64,000 nt of DNA, from the NCBI GenBank assembly GCA_963804165.1, contig CAWDPO010000001.1, positions 96,001 to 160,000 on the forward strand, read 5' to 3'. Origin of the DNA: an uncultured delta proteobacterium. GTDB taxonomy: Bacteria > Desulfobacterota > Binatia > UBA9968. Below the pieces are notes generated by a model. It was given only the letters and a program-made list of their open reading frames with translations. It ran no database searches and was not told where the DNA came from. Positions 52,345-61,682 of this stretch are shown piece by piece. Within the stretch, counting starts at the first letter, position 1. The number at the start of each line of letters is the position of its first letter. Position numbers and translations under genes: made by a program.

Positions 52345-53148
52345 TTACGCGACGTATTCGTTTTCAATGAGTTCAACCAGGTGTCGTCGATCACTGCGTG
52401 TCAGCGAAAGAATTTCATCGAGGGACCATGAGTAAGCTGCGGCGATACAGTTAATATCGCCCAGTAGACGACGGCGTTCAGCGACGAGTGCTCCTAACAA
52501 GTAGGTTTGAATATCGAACTGGACCTTGTGAACGTGATTACACTCCGGACAGCGCGCTAACAATTCGAGATCGATTAGCGGCGCAACAAGTTCAAGCAGT
52601 TCCTCAAAGGCCACGGCACCTTCGGGCCACCCACGATCTTCGGTGCAGCGATTCAGCAGCAGTGATTCGACTTCCTGCGGCGTTGCGCCGATTGCAGCTA
52701 ACTCGTCTCCTCCCGTCGGTAGACGAAAGCTGACACCATTCGCCGCTCTAAAACTTCCGTCGTCCAACTGCACACACTCGACTGTTTCGTCCGCATTGCT
52801 GATCGAAGAGATCGCGCTCTGCAGTGAGAAATCGATATCGAAAGGTTGCTCGCATTTTGCACAGGTAAGTGTGCTCTCGATGCGATCACCGAACGCAGTT
52901 CTGTAAACGGCAGCAAGCAGTCGATCGCGATCCGCAGCAACCAGATCTGCAGCGCGCAGCTTGTCTGTTCCGGTGGCCGGGTCTGGTTCCAGGAGCGAAG
53001 CCAGCAGCGCGATTGCGTTGGCGGTACTGGTCCCCATGACCGCGTATTCGTCTCGACCCGTAAGTTCTCGCAGCTGCGCGGTCCGTCGGGTCCCGGCGAA
53101 ACGTAATGAAATGCTCTCGGCCATCATGGACGCATACCTGGTCCGCAA
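52345..53148 (-). CDS. T4 gp26-like / tail assembly chaperone-like eCIS protein
   Basis: LRELTGRDE, DRDRLL, CAKC and CPEC, FRLPTGGD, YSWSLDEILSL. Confidence 0.8.
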   Translation of the reverse strand: MRTRYASMMAESISLRFAGTRRTAQLRELTGRDEYAVMGTSTANAIALLASLLEPDPATGTDKLRAADLVAADRDRLLAAVYRTAFGDRIESTLTCAKCEQPFDIDFSLQSAISSISNADETVECVQLDDGSFRAANGVSFRLPTGGDELAAIGATPQEVESLLLNRCTEDRGWPEGAVAFEELLELVAPLIDLELLARCPECNHVHKVQFDIQTYLLGALVAERRRLLGDINCIAAAYSWSLDEILSLTRSDRRHLVELIENEYVA

Positions 53149-53153
53149 AAGAA

Positions 53154-53660
53154 CTAAGTCTGTACCGGTTCAGTCACTGCGAGGTCGCGCTCCCACCCTT
53201 CGTTTTGCAGCACCATGTGCTCGATCGCGACCGCATGGGCGTTTGCATCAAGTTCCGGCAGCGCCTGATACTCGCTGACCCAGCACCGATAGATCTTGTA
53301 GGCTTTCGCCACCACAGCCTGTTCGTTGAGAAGCTCGATAATGATGTCTTTGCGAAATTGCTCGAGCGAAATCGCCGCATCGCCGTCGGTGTTGTAGATA
53401 AGGTTCGCCCACGCTTCAAACTCGGGATCGTGCGTGACGCCCCGTTCAAGTGTGATCGGCTCGAACTTCCAGACGCTGGGTGATACGCGCGACGTGCTGG
53501 GGTCGCCGCCTTCCCTATGGGTCACCGGCTCAGTGCTCTTTTTGAGCGCGCTGATCTTGCTGACGCCGGCGACGTATCTGCCGTCCCACTTGATCCGAAA
53601 CTTCATGTTCTTGTAGGGATCGAAACGACTCGTGTTCACAGAAAATTGTGGTGCTGCCAT
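53154..53660 (-). CDS. Tail tube protein (T4 gp19 / Afp1-like)
   Basis: RFDPYKNMKF, HREGGDP, ITLERGVT, YQALPELDA, EGWERD. Confidence 0.95.
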   Translation of the reverse strand: MAAPQFSVNTSRFDPYKNMKFRIKWDGRYVAGVSKISALKKSTEPVTHREGGDPSTSRVSPSVWKFEPITLERGVTHDPEFEAWANLIYNTDGDAAISLEQFRKDIIIELLNEQAVVAKAYKIYRCWVSEYQALPELDANAHAVAIEHMVLQNEGWERDLAVTEPVQT

Positions 53661-53686
53661 GACTTATTTAGCTCCCATTCTTGAAG

Positions 53687-56017
53687 TTAGGTTTCGATCT
53701 GTCCCGCCATTTGCTGTATGTACAGAATCACGAATTCCGCCGGTTTCAGTGGCGCAAAACCAACCCAGATGTTTACAATGCCCAGGTTGCGATCGTTCTG
53801 GGTCGTGGTTTCGGTATCGCACTTAACAAAATAGGCGTCTCTTGGCTTCTGTCCCTGGAACGCGCCTTGGCGAAACAGGTTGTGCATGAAGGCGCCGACG
53901 TTGAGCCGGATCTGCGCATACAGCGGTTCGTCATTGGGTTCGAAGACGACCCACTTAAGCCCGCGATAGAGGCTCTCTTCTATGAACAATGCCAACCGGC
54001 GAATCGGAACGTATTTGTACTCGCTCGCAAAGGCATCATCTCCATCCATGGTGCGCGCGCCCCAGTTAACGATTCCGTTCGGGAAAATGCGGAGAGTATT
54101 AACTGCTCTGGGATTTAAAGTGCCGTTCTCATTGTCGGAGAACTTCAGTTTGAGGCCGACGATACCGCGCAGGTCCGCCTCTGTACCTGCGGGCGCCTTC
54201 CATACTCCGCGTCTGCCATCGATACGGGCACAAAGTCCGGCTATCGCGCCGGACGGACCAATGTTCTTCTTCAAACCATTCTCATCAATTGTGATTTGCG
54301 GGAAAAATACTGCGCTGTAGTCTTTCACCAGACCGGTCCGCAATAGATTGACTCCAGTCGAGGCACTTTGGGCATCGGTCCATGAATCCGGTGGATCCAT
54401 CAGCAGAAACGCCCGGCGGTTCCGGCAGAAGTTGCTGGCGTTCGGATAGAGTGATTGAACCGAGACTGCAGCGTCAGGAGGCAGGACCATTAGATTGAAG
54501 AGGTCTACTTCCTTGTCAATCGTGTTGTAGGCGGCATCGTAATCGGCGGGAATCGGAGGTCCGCCATCATTACCAGAAACCGGCAAAGTCTGCAGGCCGC
54601 TTCCCCCCAGGCCTAACCTGTAGTAGTGGACGTTTGGTGCCTGGAACATGGCTTGGAATGCTGGCGGCGCGGCAACCACCGCAACGAAGTCGTCGTCGAA
54701 AATGTTGCCGGGCTGAATCCCGAGTCGCGAGCCCCATACTTCCGCCTTCCAGGAGAATTTGGTCGTGGCCACAGGTGGAACGAAGTTGTTGATTTGTTGC
54801 GCGATGAGCGCCAACTTTTCGCGAACACCATCGCTGTTACCGTTTGGCGAACTCGCGGCCGGCACCGCGTCAGTGAACACGCGGCCACCCAGCACAGTCT
54901 CCACAGCAAGCGGAACAACCACCGCCACAACCGCTGGAGGACTCACGCTTGTATCAATGCCTTGCAGAGTTATTGAGTTCACCGCGCTTGCATTCGCATT
55001 CGCAAAGGCATTGAACTGAGCCAATGTGGTAACTCGGGTCGCTATTCCCGTCGGTGCCGGGCGCCGCACCGCGTGCGCGGATACTTCGATGCCGCCTTGT
55101 GCGGTTCCCAACATCATCGGCACGGCGAAATCTCCAGCCACCGGCGCCGGACGGATGAACACGTCACCGGCTCCCGCGGATCTAATCTCGATTCGGTTAC
55201 CCAGCCCCGGCAGTCCAGCAACAAAATTCACAGTAACCGTGGTGCCAGCTATTCCTTGAGTGATAAACTCGTTGTTGATTGCATTCTGGATTGACGCCGC
55301 GGTGGCTGTTGTGCCCACGTTGACCCTGATGTAACGGCTACCGTCGACGCTAATCTCAATTTGGTTTCGGGTGGCTAGCAAAGCTCCGAGATTAGCGGCG
55401 GTCATCGAACGGCCGCTGAGCGAAGATCCGTTCGCGGAAGACGCCACGCCCAGGTCGACCGCATCAACCAACCTGGAATTCTGCGTCAGGAAATCTTGGG
55501 CATAGGAAGGCGAAGCCGGGTCCATGCTCAGACCTGACCACATCTCGATGTCTGTCTTCACGCGCTGGCCCGACGAGTCAAGCGCGAAGCGGAACAACTC
55601 CAGGTTGAACGTTACCTCAGGCTGGGCTCCCGTATACGTTACGACTGCTCGGAGATCATTGCCGAGCACCCCGGCATCTTTGGCTGTGAGTCTCAGAGTA
55701 TTGGTTCCAGCTTCGTTTTGTAGGACGATCTGTGACGCTACTTCACCGTTCGCAATCCTCATCACATAACAATCGGTGCCGCCATTTAGAAAGAACAGCT
55801 TGACGTAGCGAACCAGCTGTCCCCCACTCGGGTCCTCTCCGTAGGTTCGCGCGTAATCCATGTAGCTGGTGCATCGAATTGGCCGGTTGATGGGTCCTTG
55901 CTTTGCCGTACCGATGAACATGCCAATCGAAGTGCCGACACCCACAATCGTGCGGACTCCACTAGGAACTTCCTGAACATAAACACCCGGATAACTTAAC
56001 GCAGGCGTCGCTACCAT
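53687..56017 (-). CDS. Contractile tail sheath protein (Afp2-4 like)
   Basis: YPGVYVQEVPSG, FFLNGG, RGVWKAPAG, WGARTM, YVPIRRL, VFEPNDE, GFAPLKPAEFV; AGGAGG RBS. Confidence 0.96.
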   Translation of the reverse strand: MVATPALSYPGVYVQEVPSGVRTIVGVGTSIGMFIGTAKQGPINRPIRCTSYMDYARTYGEDPSGGQLVRYVKLFFLNGGTDCYVMRIANGEVASQIVLQNEAGTNTLRLTAKDAGVLGNDLRAVVTYTGAQPEVTFNLELFRFALDSSGQRVKTDIEMWSGLSMDPASPSYAQDFLTQNSRLVDAVDLGVASSANGSSLSGRSMTAANLGALLATRNQIEISVDGSRYIRVNVGTTATAASIQNAINNEFITQGIAGTTVTVNFVAGLPGLGNRIEIRSAGAGDVFIRPAPVAGDFAVPMMLGTAQGGIEVSAHAVRRPAPTGIATRVTTLAQFNAFANANASAVNSITLQGIDTSVSPPAVVAVVVPLAVETVLGGRVFTDAVPAASSPNGNSDGVREKLALIAQQINNFVPPVATTKFSWKAEVWGSRLGIQPGNIFDDDFVAVVAAPPAFQAMFQAPNVHYYRLGLGGSGLQTLPVSGNDGGPPIPADYDAAYNTIDKEVDLFNLMVLPPDAAVSVQSLYPNASNFCRNRRAFLLMDPPDSWTDAQSASTGVNLLRTGLVKDYSAVFFPQITIDENGLKKNIGPSGAIAGLCARIDGRRGVWKAPAGTEADLRGIVGLKLKFSDNENGTLNPRAVNTLRIFPNGIVNWGARTMDGDDAFASEYKYVPIRRLALFIEESLYRGLKWVVFEPNDEPLYAQIRLNVGAFMHNLFRQGAFQGQKPRDAYFVKCDTETTTQNDRNLGIVNIWVGFAPLKPAEFVILYIQQMAGQIET

Positions 56018-56080
56018 TACACTCCTCCTTCCTCAGTCCATCGCTGTCTCTGAAATGCCCATACCTTGCGAGGCACTTTT

Positions 56081-56869
56081 CTAAAGTTTCGCCAAAATTT
56101 CGTCGACCCGATTTCGGTCGATTATCTCTAGCTGACTCTTGAGGCTTTCCGCTTCCGCTCTAGCACTATCTAACGCTAACTCCTTCTCAGCTAGAGTTTC
56201 TCTCGCTGAATTTAGTGAATTGAAAGCTTTGGTTATCTCCGCAACTAATGTCCTGTAGGGCTTTAGCTGCGTTTTACCAAGTAGAACTTTCAACTCCTCG
56301 TTTAAAAAAAACTTATTTCTATGATTTTGTTCTTTTTCGATCCGTTGCTTTTGATTTCTAAGTTCAACAAAGGACTTTTCTATTTCTTGTTGATAGTTCG
56401 GCACCGCCTGGTAATCCTTCTCTGCTCGGTCAAAGAGTTTTTTGGCAGCCTCGCATTCCTGGTTTGCCTTATCTTCCTTGATCTTCGCCACCTCGTAGTC
56501 CCTTGCTTTACCGTCCCGATACTCATCATATCGTGTCTTTAATTTTTCGATGGCCGCAGTTTTATTCTTCAAAACAGAAAGCGAGTTCTTTCTCTGTTTG
56601 CTATACTCTTGTTCAAATGTTTTCCGTTCACGGTCCAGAATCATCAATGTAGTACGATAGCGTTCCAAAGCAGACTTACTCTCCGCGGCCGTTTTCTCCA
56701 TCTGAGTTGCCGTATTTTTCATTCGATCTATTCTCTTATTCTCTACAACTCTTCGGCTTTCCAAGTTTTGAATCTGCGAACGCATCTGACCGAGTTTAGT
56801 TGTGAATATTCCCGACGTAGTTAGTTTTTCCCTCGTCTTTTTGTGCTTTGCCATTTTACGCTTTGCCAT
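56081..56869 (-). CDS. K/E-rich coiled-coil protein, AT-richer than neighbours
   Basis: 262-aa heptad-rich ORF between the promoter-proximal gene and the sheath gene. Confidence 0.75.
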   Translation of the reverse strand: MAKRKMAKHKKTREKLTTSGIFTTKLGQMRSQIQNLESRRVVENKRIDRMKNTATQMEKTAAESKSALERYRTTLMILDRERKTFEQEYSKQRKNSLSVLKNKTAAIEKLKTRYDEYRDGKARDYEVAKIKEDKANQECEAAKKLFDRAEKDYQAVPNYQQEIEKSFVELRNQKQRIEKEQNHRNKFFLNEELKVLLGKTQLKPYRTLVAEITKAFNSLNSARETLAEKELALDSARAEAESLKSQLEIIDRNRVDEILAKL

Positions 56870-56954
56870 TGCTCACCCGTTCTTCCGCGAAGCTAGAGGG
56901 AAGTCGTCGCCCCTTGAGAAGTATGTAGATCAAACGCTCGCGCTTGCGCGCCGT

Positions 56955-57269
56955 CTATTTCGTAACCGTGCTCAAACCGCTCAGAAATTCTGTGATCTCC
57001 GGCAGTTTTTCTTTGCTCACTCCGTAGATTTCCTCAGATTCGCGGATCGTCCGGCTGGTGATCCAACCTTTGGCCGTTAAAAATTTCAGTGCTATCCTTA
57101 CTTCTTCCGCGCTCCAGTTTGTTTCGGCCGCCGCAAACCACCAGGTTAGAATCCCTTCGACCGTGTCTTTGGCCTCGGGATGTTCGACGCAGTACGCTAG
57201 GATCGCTCGGACTAATTCTTCTCGTCGGTTGCTTTGAGTGAACGTCGGCTGCACCAACGATTTTTTCAC
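56955..57269 (-). CDS. Small winged-helix-like protein heading the eCIS operon
   Basis: AILAYCVEHPEAKDTVEGILTWW...VRIALKFLTAKGWI. Confidence 0.75.
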   Translation of the reverse strand: MKKSLVQPTFTQSNRREELVRAILAYCVEHPEAKDTVEGILTWWFAAAETNWSAEEVRIALKFLTAKGWITSRTIRESEEIYGVSKEKLPEITEFLSGLSTVTK

Positions 57270-57282
57270 TTAGGTTGGCATG

Positions 57283-57298
57283 AGCAAACGAGGCGCCA
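57283..57298 (-). promoter_or_regulatory. Sigma54 promoter of the eCIS operon
   Basis: TGGCGC-CTCGT-TTGCT on minus strand. Confidence 0.78.
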
Positions 57299-57361
57299 AG
57301 CGGCTGCGACGTGCAGTTACCAGATTTTGTAGAGTATTTATGAAATCGGCGATCGGCAGAG

Positions 57362-57470
57362 CGCGACAAATCCGCCGCAGCAAAAGCTACCAAGGACTGG
57401 CGAACTCCAAAAACATCAATGCCTTAGCAATGCGGGATTTCTGCCGCGGCGCCGCTGCACACGCGCCGCA
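57362..57470. promoter_or_regulatory. Three 18-bp imperfect palindromes (candidate UAS)
   Basis: CGCGACAAATCCGCCGCA (57362), TGCGGGATTTCTGCCGCG (57431), CGCTGCACACGCGCCGCA (57453). Confidence 0.6.
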
Positions 57471-57487
57471 TCTGGAAACGGATCAAC

Positions 57488-58870
57488 TCAGCCTTTGAAA
57501 GCCGCGCGATCCAAGCAATATTTTCGCACGAGTCTCTGCAAAGTGCGGCGGTCTTTTCCCGCCGCCTTAGCCGCGAGGGTGATATTTCCCTGATGACGGG
57601 CGAGCAAGTCCGCCACGTACGCGCACTCGAACTCCCCGACGATGTAGGACTTGGCGCGACGGAGCGATTCATGGCGCAGTGTTTCTTTGGACTGCCCGTC
57701 GGAAAGCTCAATGTCAACCGCATGCAAGATTCCCGTTCCGTTCAGAACCGCCGCTCTTTGAATGACCGCTTGCAGCTCGCGAACGTTTCCGGGCCAACGA
57801 TAGTCGAGTAGCTTTTGCCGCGCCGCCTCGGAAAGAACCGGTCGTTGGCAGCCCTGCGGGTTGCTGTAAAGTTCCAAAAAGTGATCGGCAAGAAACAGCG
57901 TATCAGCGCCGCGCTCTCTCAACGGCGGCAAGGACAGCGACAGGACGTTTAAACGGTAATAAAGGTCCTCGCGAAAATGCTTCAGCTGAACCTTCTCCTT
58001 AAGATCGCAGTTGGCGGCAGCGATCACGCGTACGTCGCCAATGAGGGCGCGCGACGAGCCGAGCGGACGGTATTCACCGTTCTGCAAGAAGCGCAAAAGT
58101 TTGACCTGAGCCGACGGGCTCAACGCGTCTACCTCGTCGAGAAAAAGAGTTCCCCCTTCGGCCTCAGCGATCAGACCTTGCTCTGCAGACGAAGCGTCTG
58201 TAAAGGCCCCTTTATTGTGTCCGAACAGCTCATTCTCAAACAGATGATCCGGCAAAGCGCCACAGTTGACCGGAATGAATGGCTTTGACCGTCGTACTCC
58301 TTGGTAATGGATCGCCCGCGCAACCAGTTCTTTGCCGCTGCCGGTCTCACCCGAAACTAATACCGTGGCGTCGGTGCGCGCCAAAGCGGCAGTCTTGTTG
58401 ATCACGGCTAGAAACGCCGGGCTTTGACCGACCAGCGGCAGGTTTGCCGAAATTTCTTTGAACGGCCGACTACGGAGCTCCACTTTGGCTTGGCGGCGCA
58501 AAAGCAGCCGCTCGCTACGCAAGATCAGTTCCCGTTCGATGGCTGAGCAAAACAGAAACTCATCCGCCGCCGAAAGTACAGGTTGCAGCTGAGTGCTAAC
58601 CTGGTCAGAGGGGTAACATAGGATTGCCATGATCGCCGCTTCGCTCCAGCGCGCGCGGCAGCGCTCGACCATTTGTTTGCCGTCCGAATCCTTTGTTATT
58701 CGAAGAAATACAATCTCAGGCTCCAACGAGAGTGCCGTCAAAGGAACGCTGGCGGGAAATTCAGTCGGATCGCCGAAGGATTTCGCCTGCGCAATTAACG
58801 CTCGTAATGAATCGCAGCGCTTTTCGCTACACGGCGACGTGTGCTGATTGAGAAACAGGGCCTTGGTCAT
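57488..58870 (-). CDS. Sigma54-dependent activator with degenerate receiver-like N-terminus
   Basis: [52 protein letters not shown]; ORF extends to 58897. Confidence 0.92.
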   Translation of the reverse strand: MTKALFLNQHTSPCSEKRCDSLRALIAQAKSFGDPTEFPASVPLTALSLEPEIVFLRITKDSDGKQMVERCRARWSEAAIMAILCYPSDQVSTQLQPVLSAADEFLFCSAIERELILRSERLLLRRQAKVELRSRPFKEISANLPLVGQSPAFLAVINKTAALARTDATVLVSGETGSGKELVARAIHYQGVRRSKPFIPVNCGALPDHLFENELFGHNKGAFTDASSAEQGLIAEAEGGTLFLDEVDALSPSAQVKLLRFLQNGEYRPLGSSRALIGDVRVIAAANCDLKEKVQLKHFREDLYYRLNVLSLSLPPLRERGADTLFLADHFLELYSNPQGCQRPVLSEAARQKLLDYRWPGNVRELQAVIQRAAVLNGTGILHAVDIELSDGQSKETLRHESLRRAKSYIVGEFECAYVADLLARHQGNITLAAKAAGKDRRTLQRLVRKYCLDRAAFKG

Positions 58871-59073
58871 CGCTGAGTCTCGACCTCTCGGAATCAAGTT
58901 CCTTGTGGCAACCTACCACGAACAATTCGAACAATTCCGAACAAACGTTTTAAAAGGCCGTGCAATCCCTACAAACACGACAAGCGGTTTCACGACTCCG
59001 ATCGGTGAAACGCCAGGCGGTCAGTTTGAATGCAAAAACAAAGACCGAGCTTAAATTATTTGACTGCAAAAAA

Positions 59074-59089
59074 AGCAACCTACGTGCCA
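59074..59089 (-). promoter_or_regulatory. Sigma54 promoter upstream of the activator gene
   Basis: TGGCAC-GTAGG-TTGCT. Confidence 0.8.
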
Positions 59090-59702
59090 CAAAAAATAGC
59101 AGAATGATAGGAACATATTGGTAACAATTTCGTTCAACTTTTGCCATGAATTCTTTCTCTGAGTCGAGGTCGATACAAAAGAGCCACAAACGAATACATC
59201 TCTAGTTACTGGTTTACAGAAGTGTATACAGAGTCATCATTGCGTTAGGTCTCGCCGCTGCATTCCATTTCCATGACGCGATATAAGATTGCGTTGCTGA
59301 GATGTTCTAAAGTTTAGAACAGCAGTCGAATCCGTGATGATTTTTCGCTTCGTATTTCTCTTTGCGAATTCGGCGTACGAGTTCGACTGGTCAGATGGGA
59401 GCTTTGACAGGTCGCCGTCGTTGGCCAATCTGCCGCGTCGCTGCGACGCGCGTCACGAGAGTGCGATAACGATAACGAAATCTGTTGCTACAGTAAGCTT
59501 AACGCTGATGGACCTGTGTCACATCGCGCGCGGCCAATCGCAGAACTCCATTGCTCAAGCTGCTCATGGCGAGACGACCAAAGCGCGGTTGCCGACGACT
59601 ATCTTGCGGCGGTTTACCTCAAAATCCTATTTTAGCGTAAAACCTGTTCACATTGCGCAACTTACGTTGACAGCGTTTCTCTGATTGTGTAATTCAGAAG
59701 CC

Positions 59703-61268
59703 ATGACTTTGGGAGATTCCACTCACGATCACCAGAAAGAACCCCGAGCCGGCCAGGAACATGTAGAAAAGCTACGGGCGGTTCTCAACATCTGTCGGCG
59801 CATGAGCTCCATGACAGACCTGGCCTCGCTGCAATCGCTGATCACCCGTGAAGCTAAAGAGTTGCTGCAAGCGGAACGCGTGAGCATTTTCCTTTTCGAT
59901 CGCGACAACTGCGAGCTTTGGTCGGCGATCTCCCAAGAGGGCAAGATCATGCGGTTTGACGCCCGGTTGGGAATCGCCGGAGCCGTCGCCATGACCGGCC
60001 AAACGATTAATGTCGACGACGCGTACCAGCATCCGCTCTTTTATAAGGAAGTGGACGTCGAGACCGGCTATCAAACAAAAACCCTGCTTGCCGTGCCGTT
60101 GCATAGCCTGGCGGGCGCGGTGATCGGGGTCGGGGAGGCGTCGAACAAGCTCGGCGGAGTCTTTACCAACGAAGATGCTGAGGTCCTCACCACATTGGCG
60201 GCGCGGCTAACCGATGTTTTCGAGAACTCGGCGCTCGCCGCGGAACTAAAGGCGCAAAACACCGAACGGGCTAACTATCCCGCGACACAATTTATCAGCG
60301 GCTTCTCGACGCAGAATATTGTCGGTATGAGTCACCGAATTAGATCGATTATCCGGCTGATCGACCAGATTCGACCGAGCTCAGTGGATGTGCTGATCCA
60401 GGGCGAAAGCGGCACGGGCAAGGAACTGATCGCGAAAGCCCTGCACTTCACCAGCCCCCTGGCCAAACATCCGTTTGTCGCTGTCAATTGCGCCGCGTTG
60501 CCCGACAATCTAGTCGAGGCAGAACTTTTTGGAATTGAAAAGGGCGTCGCCACCGGCGTCGACCGGCGCATTGGCAAGTTCGAGGCTGCCCACGAGGGCA
60601 CGCTATTCCTGGATGAAATAGGCGACTTGAGCCTAGCAGCTCAAGCAAAAATTCTTCGCGTTCTGCAGGAGCGCTCCGTCGACCGTGTCGGCGGCCGGGC
60701 TCCGATACCCATCAACGTGCGGGTGATCGCCGCCACCAACCGCAATCTGGAAGCATGCACGAGAGAAAAACAATTTCGCGAAGACTTATACTACCGCCTG
60801 AGCGTCGTTAATATTCAAACGCCGGCATTACGGGAAACCCCCGAGGATATACCGATCCTGGCAAATCACTTTCTGCAAAAGCACTGCGCGATGATGTCCG
60901 TCGAGCCCAAGCAATTTACCGCCGCAGCGATCGATCGCTTATCGGCCTACCACTGGCCGGGAAACTCGCGCCAGCTCGAAAATGAAGTGAAGCGATTGGT
61001 AGCCTCGGTACGGAGCAAAATCATTACCGAAGACCAGATCGCCATCCAACCAGAGTCGAAATCAGTCCAAAAACGGGTCGAGATTCCGGCCGTATCGCAG
61101 GGCTCCGGTAAATTGCTTTTCGAAGCCGTCGAGGCGCTCGAGCGCCAGATGATTCAAGACGCCCTTAAGCAATCTGGCGGTAATAAGCTTCGGGCTGCGC
61201 AGATTCTCGGCTTGAGCCGTCAAGGATTCCTGAAAAAACTCAAGAAGCTCGAACTCTCCGCTACCTGA
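59703..61268 (+). CDS. GAF-domain sigma54-dependent activator (GVATGV variant)
   Basis: PDE-type GAF (GIAGAVAMTG, VDVETGYQTKTLLAVPL, NK..GVFT.ED), GESGTGKE, EAELFGIEKGVATGV, WPGNSRQL, HTH. Confidence 0.92.
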   Translation: MTLGDSTHDHQKEPRAGQEHVEKLRAVLNICRRMSSMTDLASLQSLITREAKELLQAERVSIFLFDRDNCELWSAISQEGKIMRFDARLGIAGAVAMTGQTINVDDAYQHPLFYKEVDVETGYQTKTLLAVPLHSLAGAVIGVGEASNKLGGVFTNEDAEVLTTLAARLTDVFENSALAAELKAQNTERANYPATQFISGFSTQNIVGMSHRIRSIIRLIDQIRPSSVDVLIQGESGTGKELIAKALHFTSPLAKHPFVAVNCAALPDNLVEAELFGIEKGVATGVDRRIGKFEAAHEGTLFLDEIGDLSLAAQAKILRVLQERSVDRVGGRAPIPINVRVIAATNRNLEACTREKQFREDLYYRLSVVNIQTPALRETPEDIPILANHFLQKHCAMMSVEPKQFTAAAIDRLSAYHWPGNSRQLENEVKRLVASVRSKIITEDQIAIQPESKSVQKRVEIPAVSQGSGKLLFEAVEALERQMIQDALKQSGGNKLRAAQILGLSRQGFLKKLKKLELSAT

Positions 61269-61393
61269 GGAAAGCCGGGCGCCGTTCACCCGCCCACGGC
61301 TGTGTTGCGCGTCTTCATTGCTTAGGCAACCGACAAGACGAATTCGGCTCTCTCGCGATCGCAGCATGCCAAGAGTGCCGCTCTCCCCTTTGG

Positions 61394-61624
61394 CTATTTC
61401 ATCTTGTTGAAGATGTCTTTGGCGGCTTGCTGCAAGAGTGGATTGCGCACGATGACTTTGCTGATCGCGCTGCGTAACTTTGCCTTGTTGTCTTTCGACT
61501 TCGAGGCTTTTCTGAGCGCGTTCACGGCAGCCTGGAGGTCTTTGTTTTCTTTGATGACCGCGCGTATGCCCTTTCTGACTTTCTCGGCTTTTGCCACGGA
61601 TAACTTCGGTCCACCTTTTCCCAT
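61394..61624 (-). CDS. Small Lys-rich helical protein
   Basis: 76 aa, GGGAGG RBS. Confidence 0.7.
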   Translation of the reverse strand: MGKGGPKLSVAKAEKVRKGIRAVIKENKDLQAAVNALRKASKSKDNKAKLRSAISKVIVRNPLLQQAAKDIFNKMK

Positions 61625-61682
61625 GTTAACCTCCCTGGTGTGAAGAAAATTTTCATCACGCTAACCTTAACAATTTTCGAAA

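Noticed and set aside
25756-56017. Prophage or type VI secretion system
   Set aside because: No capsid, portal, terminase, integrase or replication genes, and no TssJLM/TssK/ClpV; Afp15- and Afp16-like genes indicate an eCIS
58900-59700. Small ORFs or ncRNA between the two activator genes
   Set aside because: ORFs lack RBS and motifs; no recognisable RNA structure; best explained as regulatory DNA
61355-61372. TTGGCATGC as a sigma54 promoter
   Set aside because: No TTGC at the -12 position, and it lies between convergent genes
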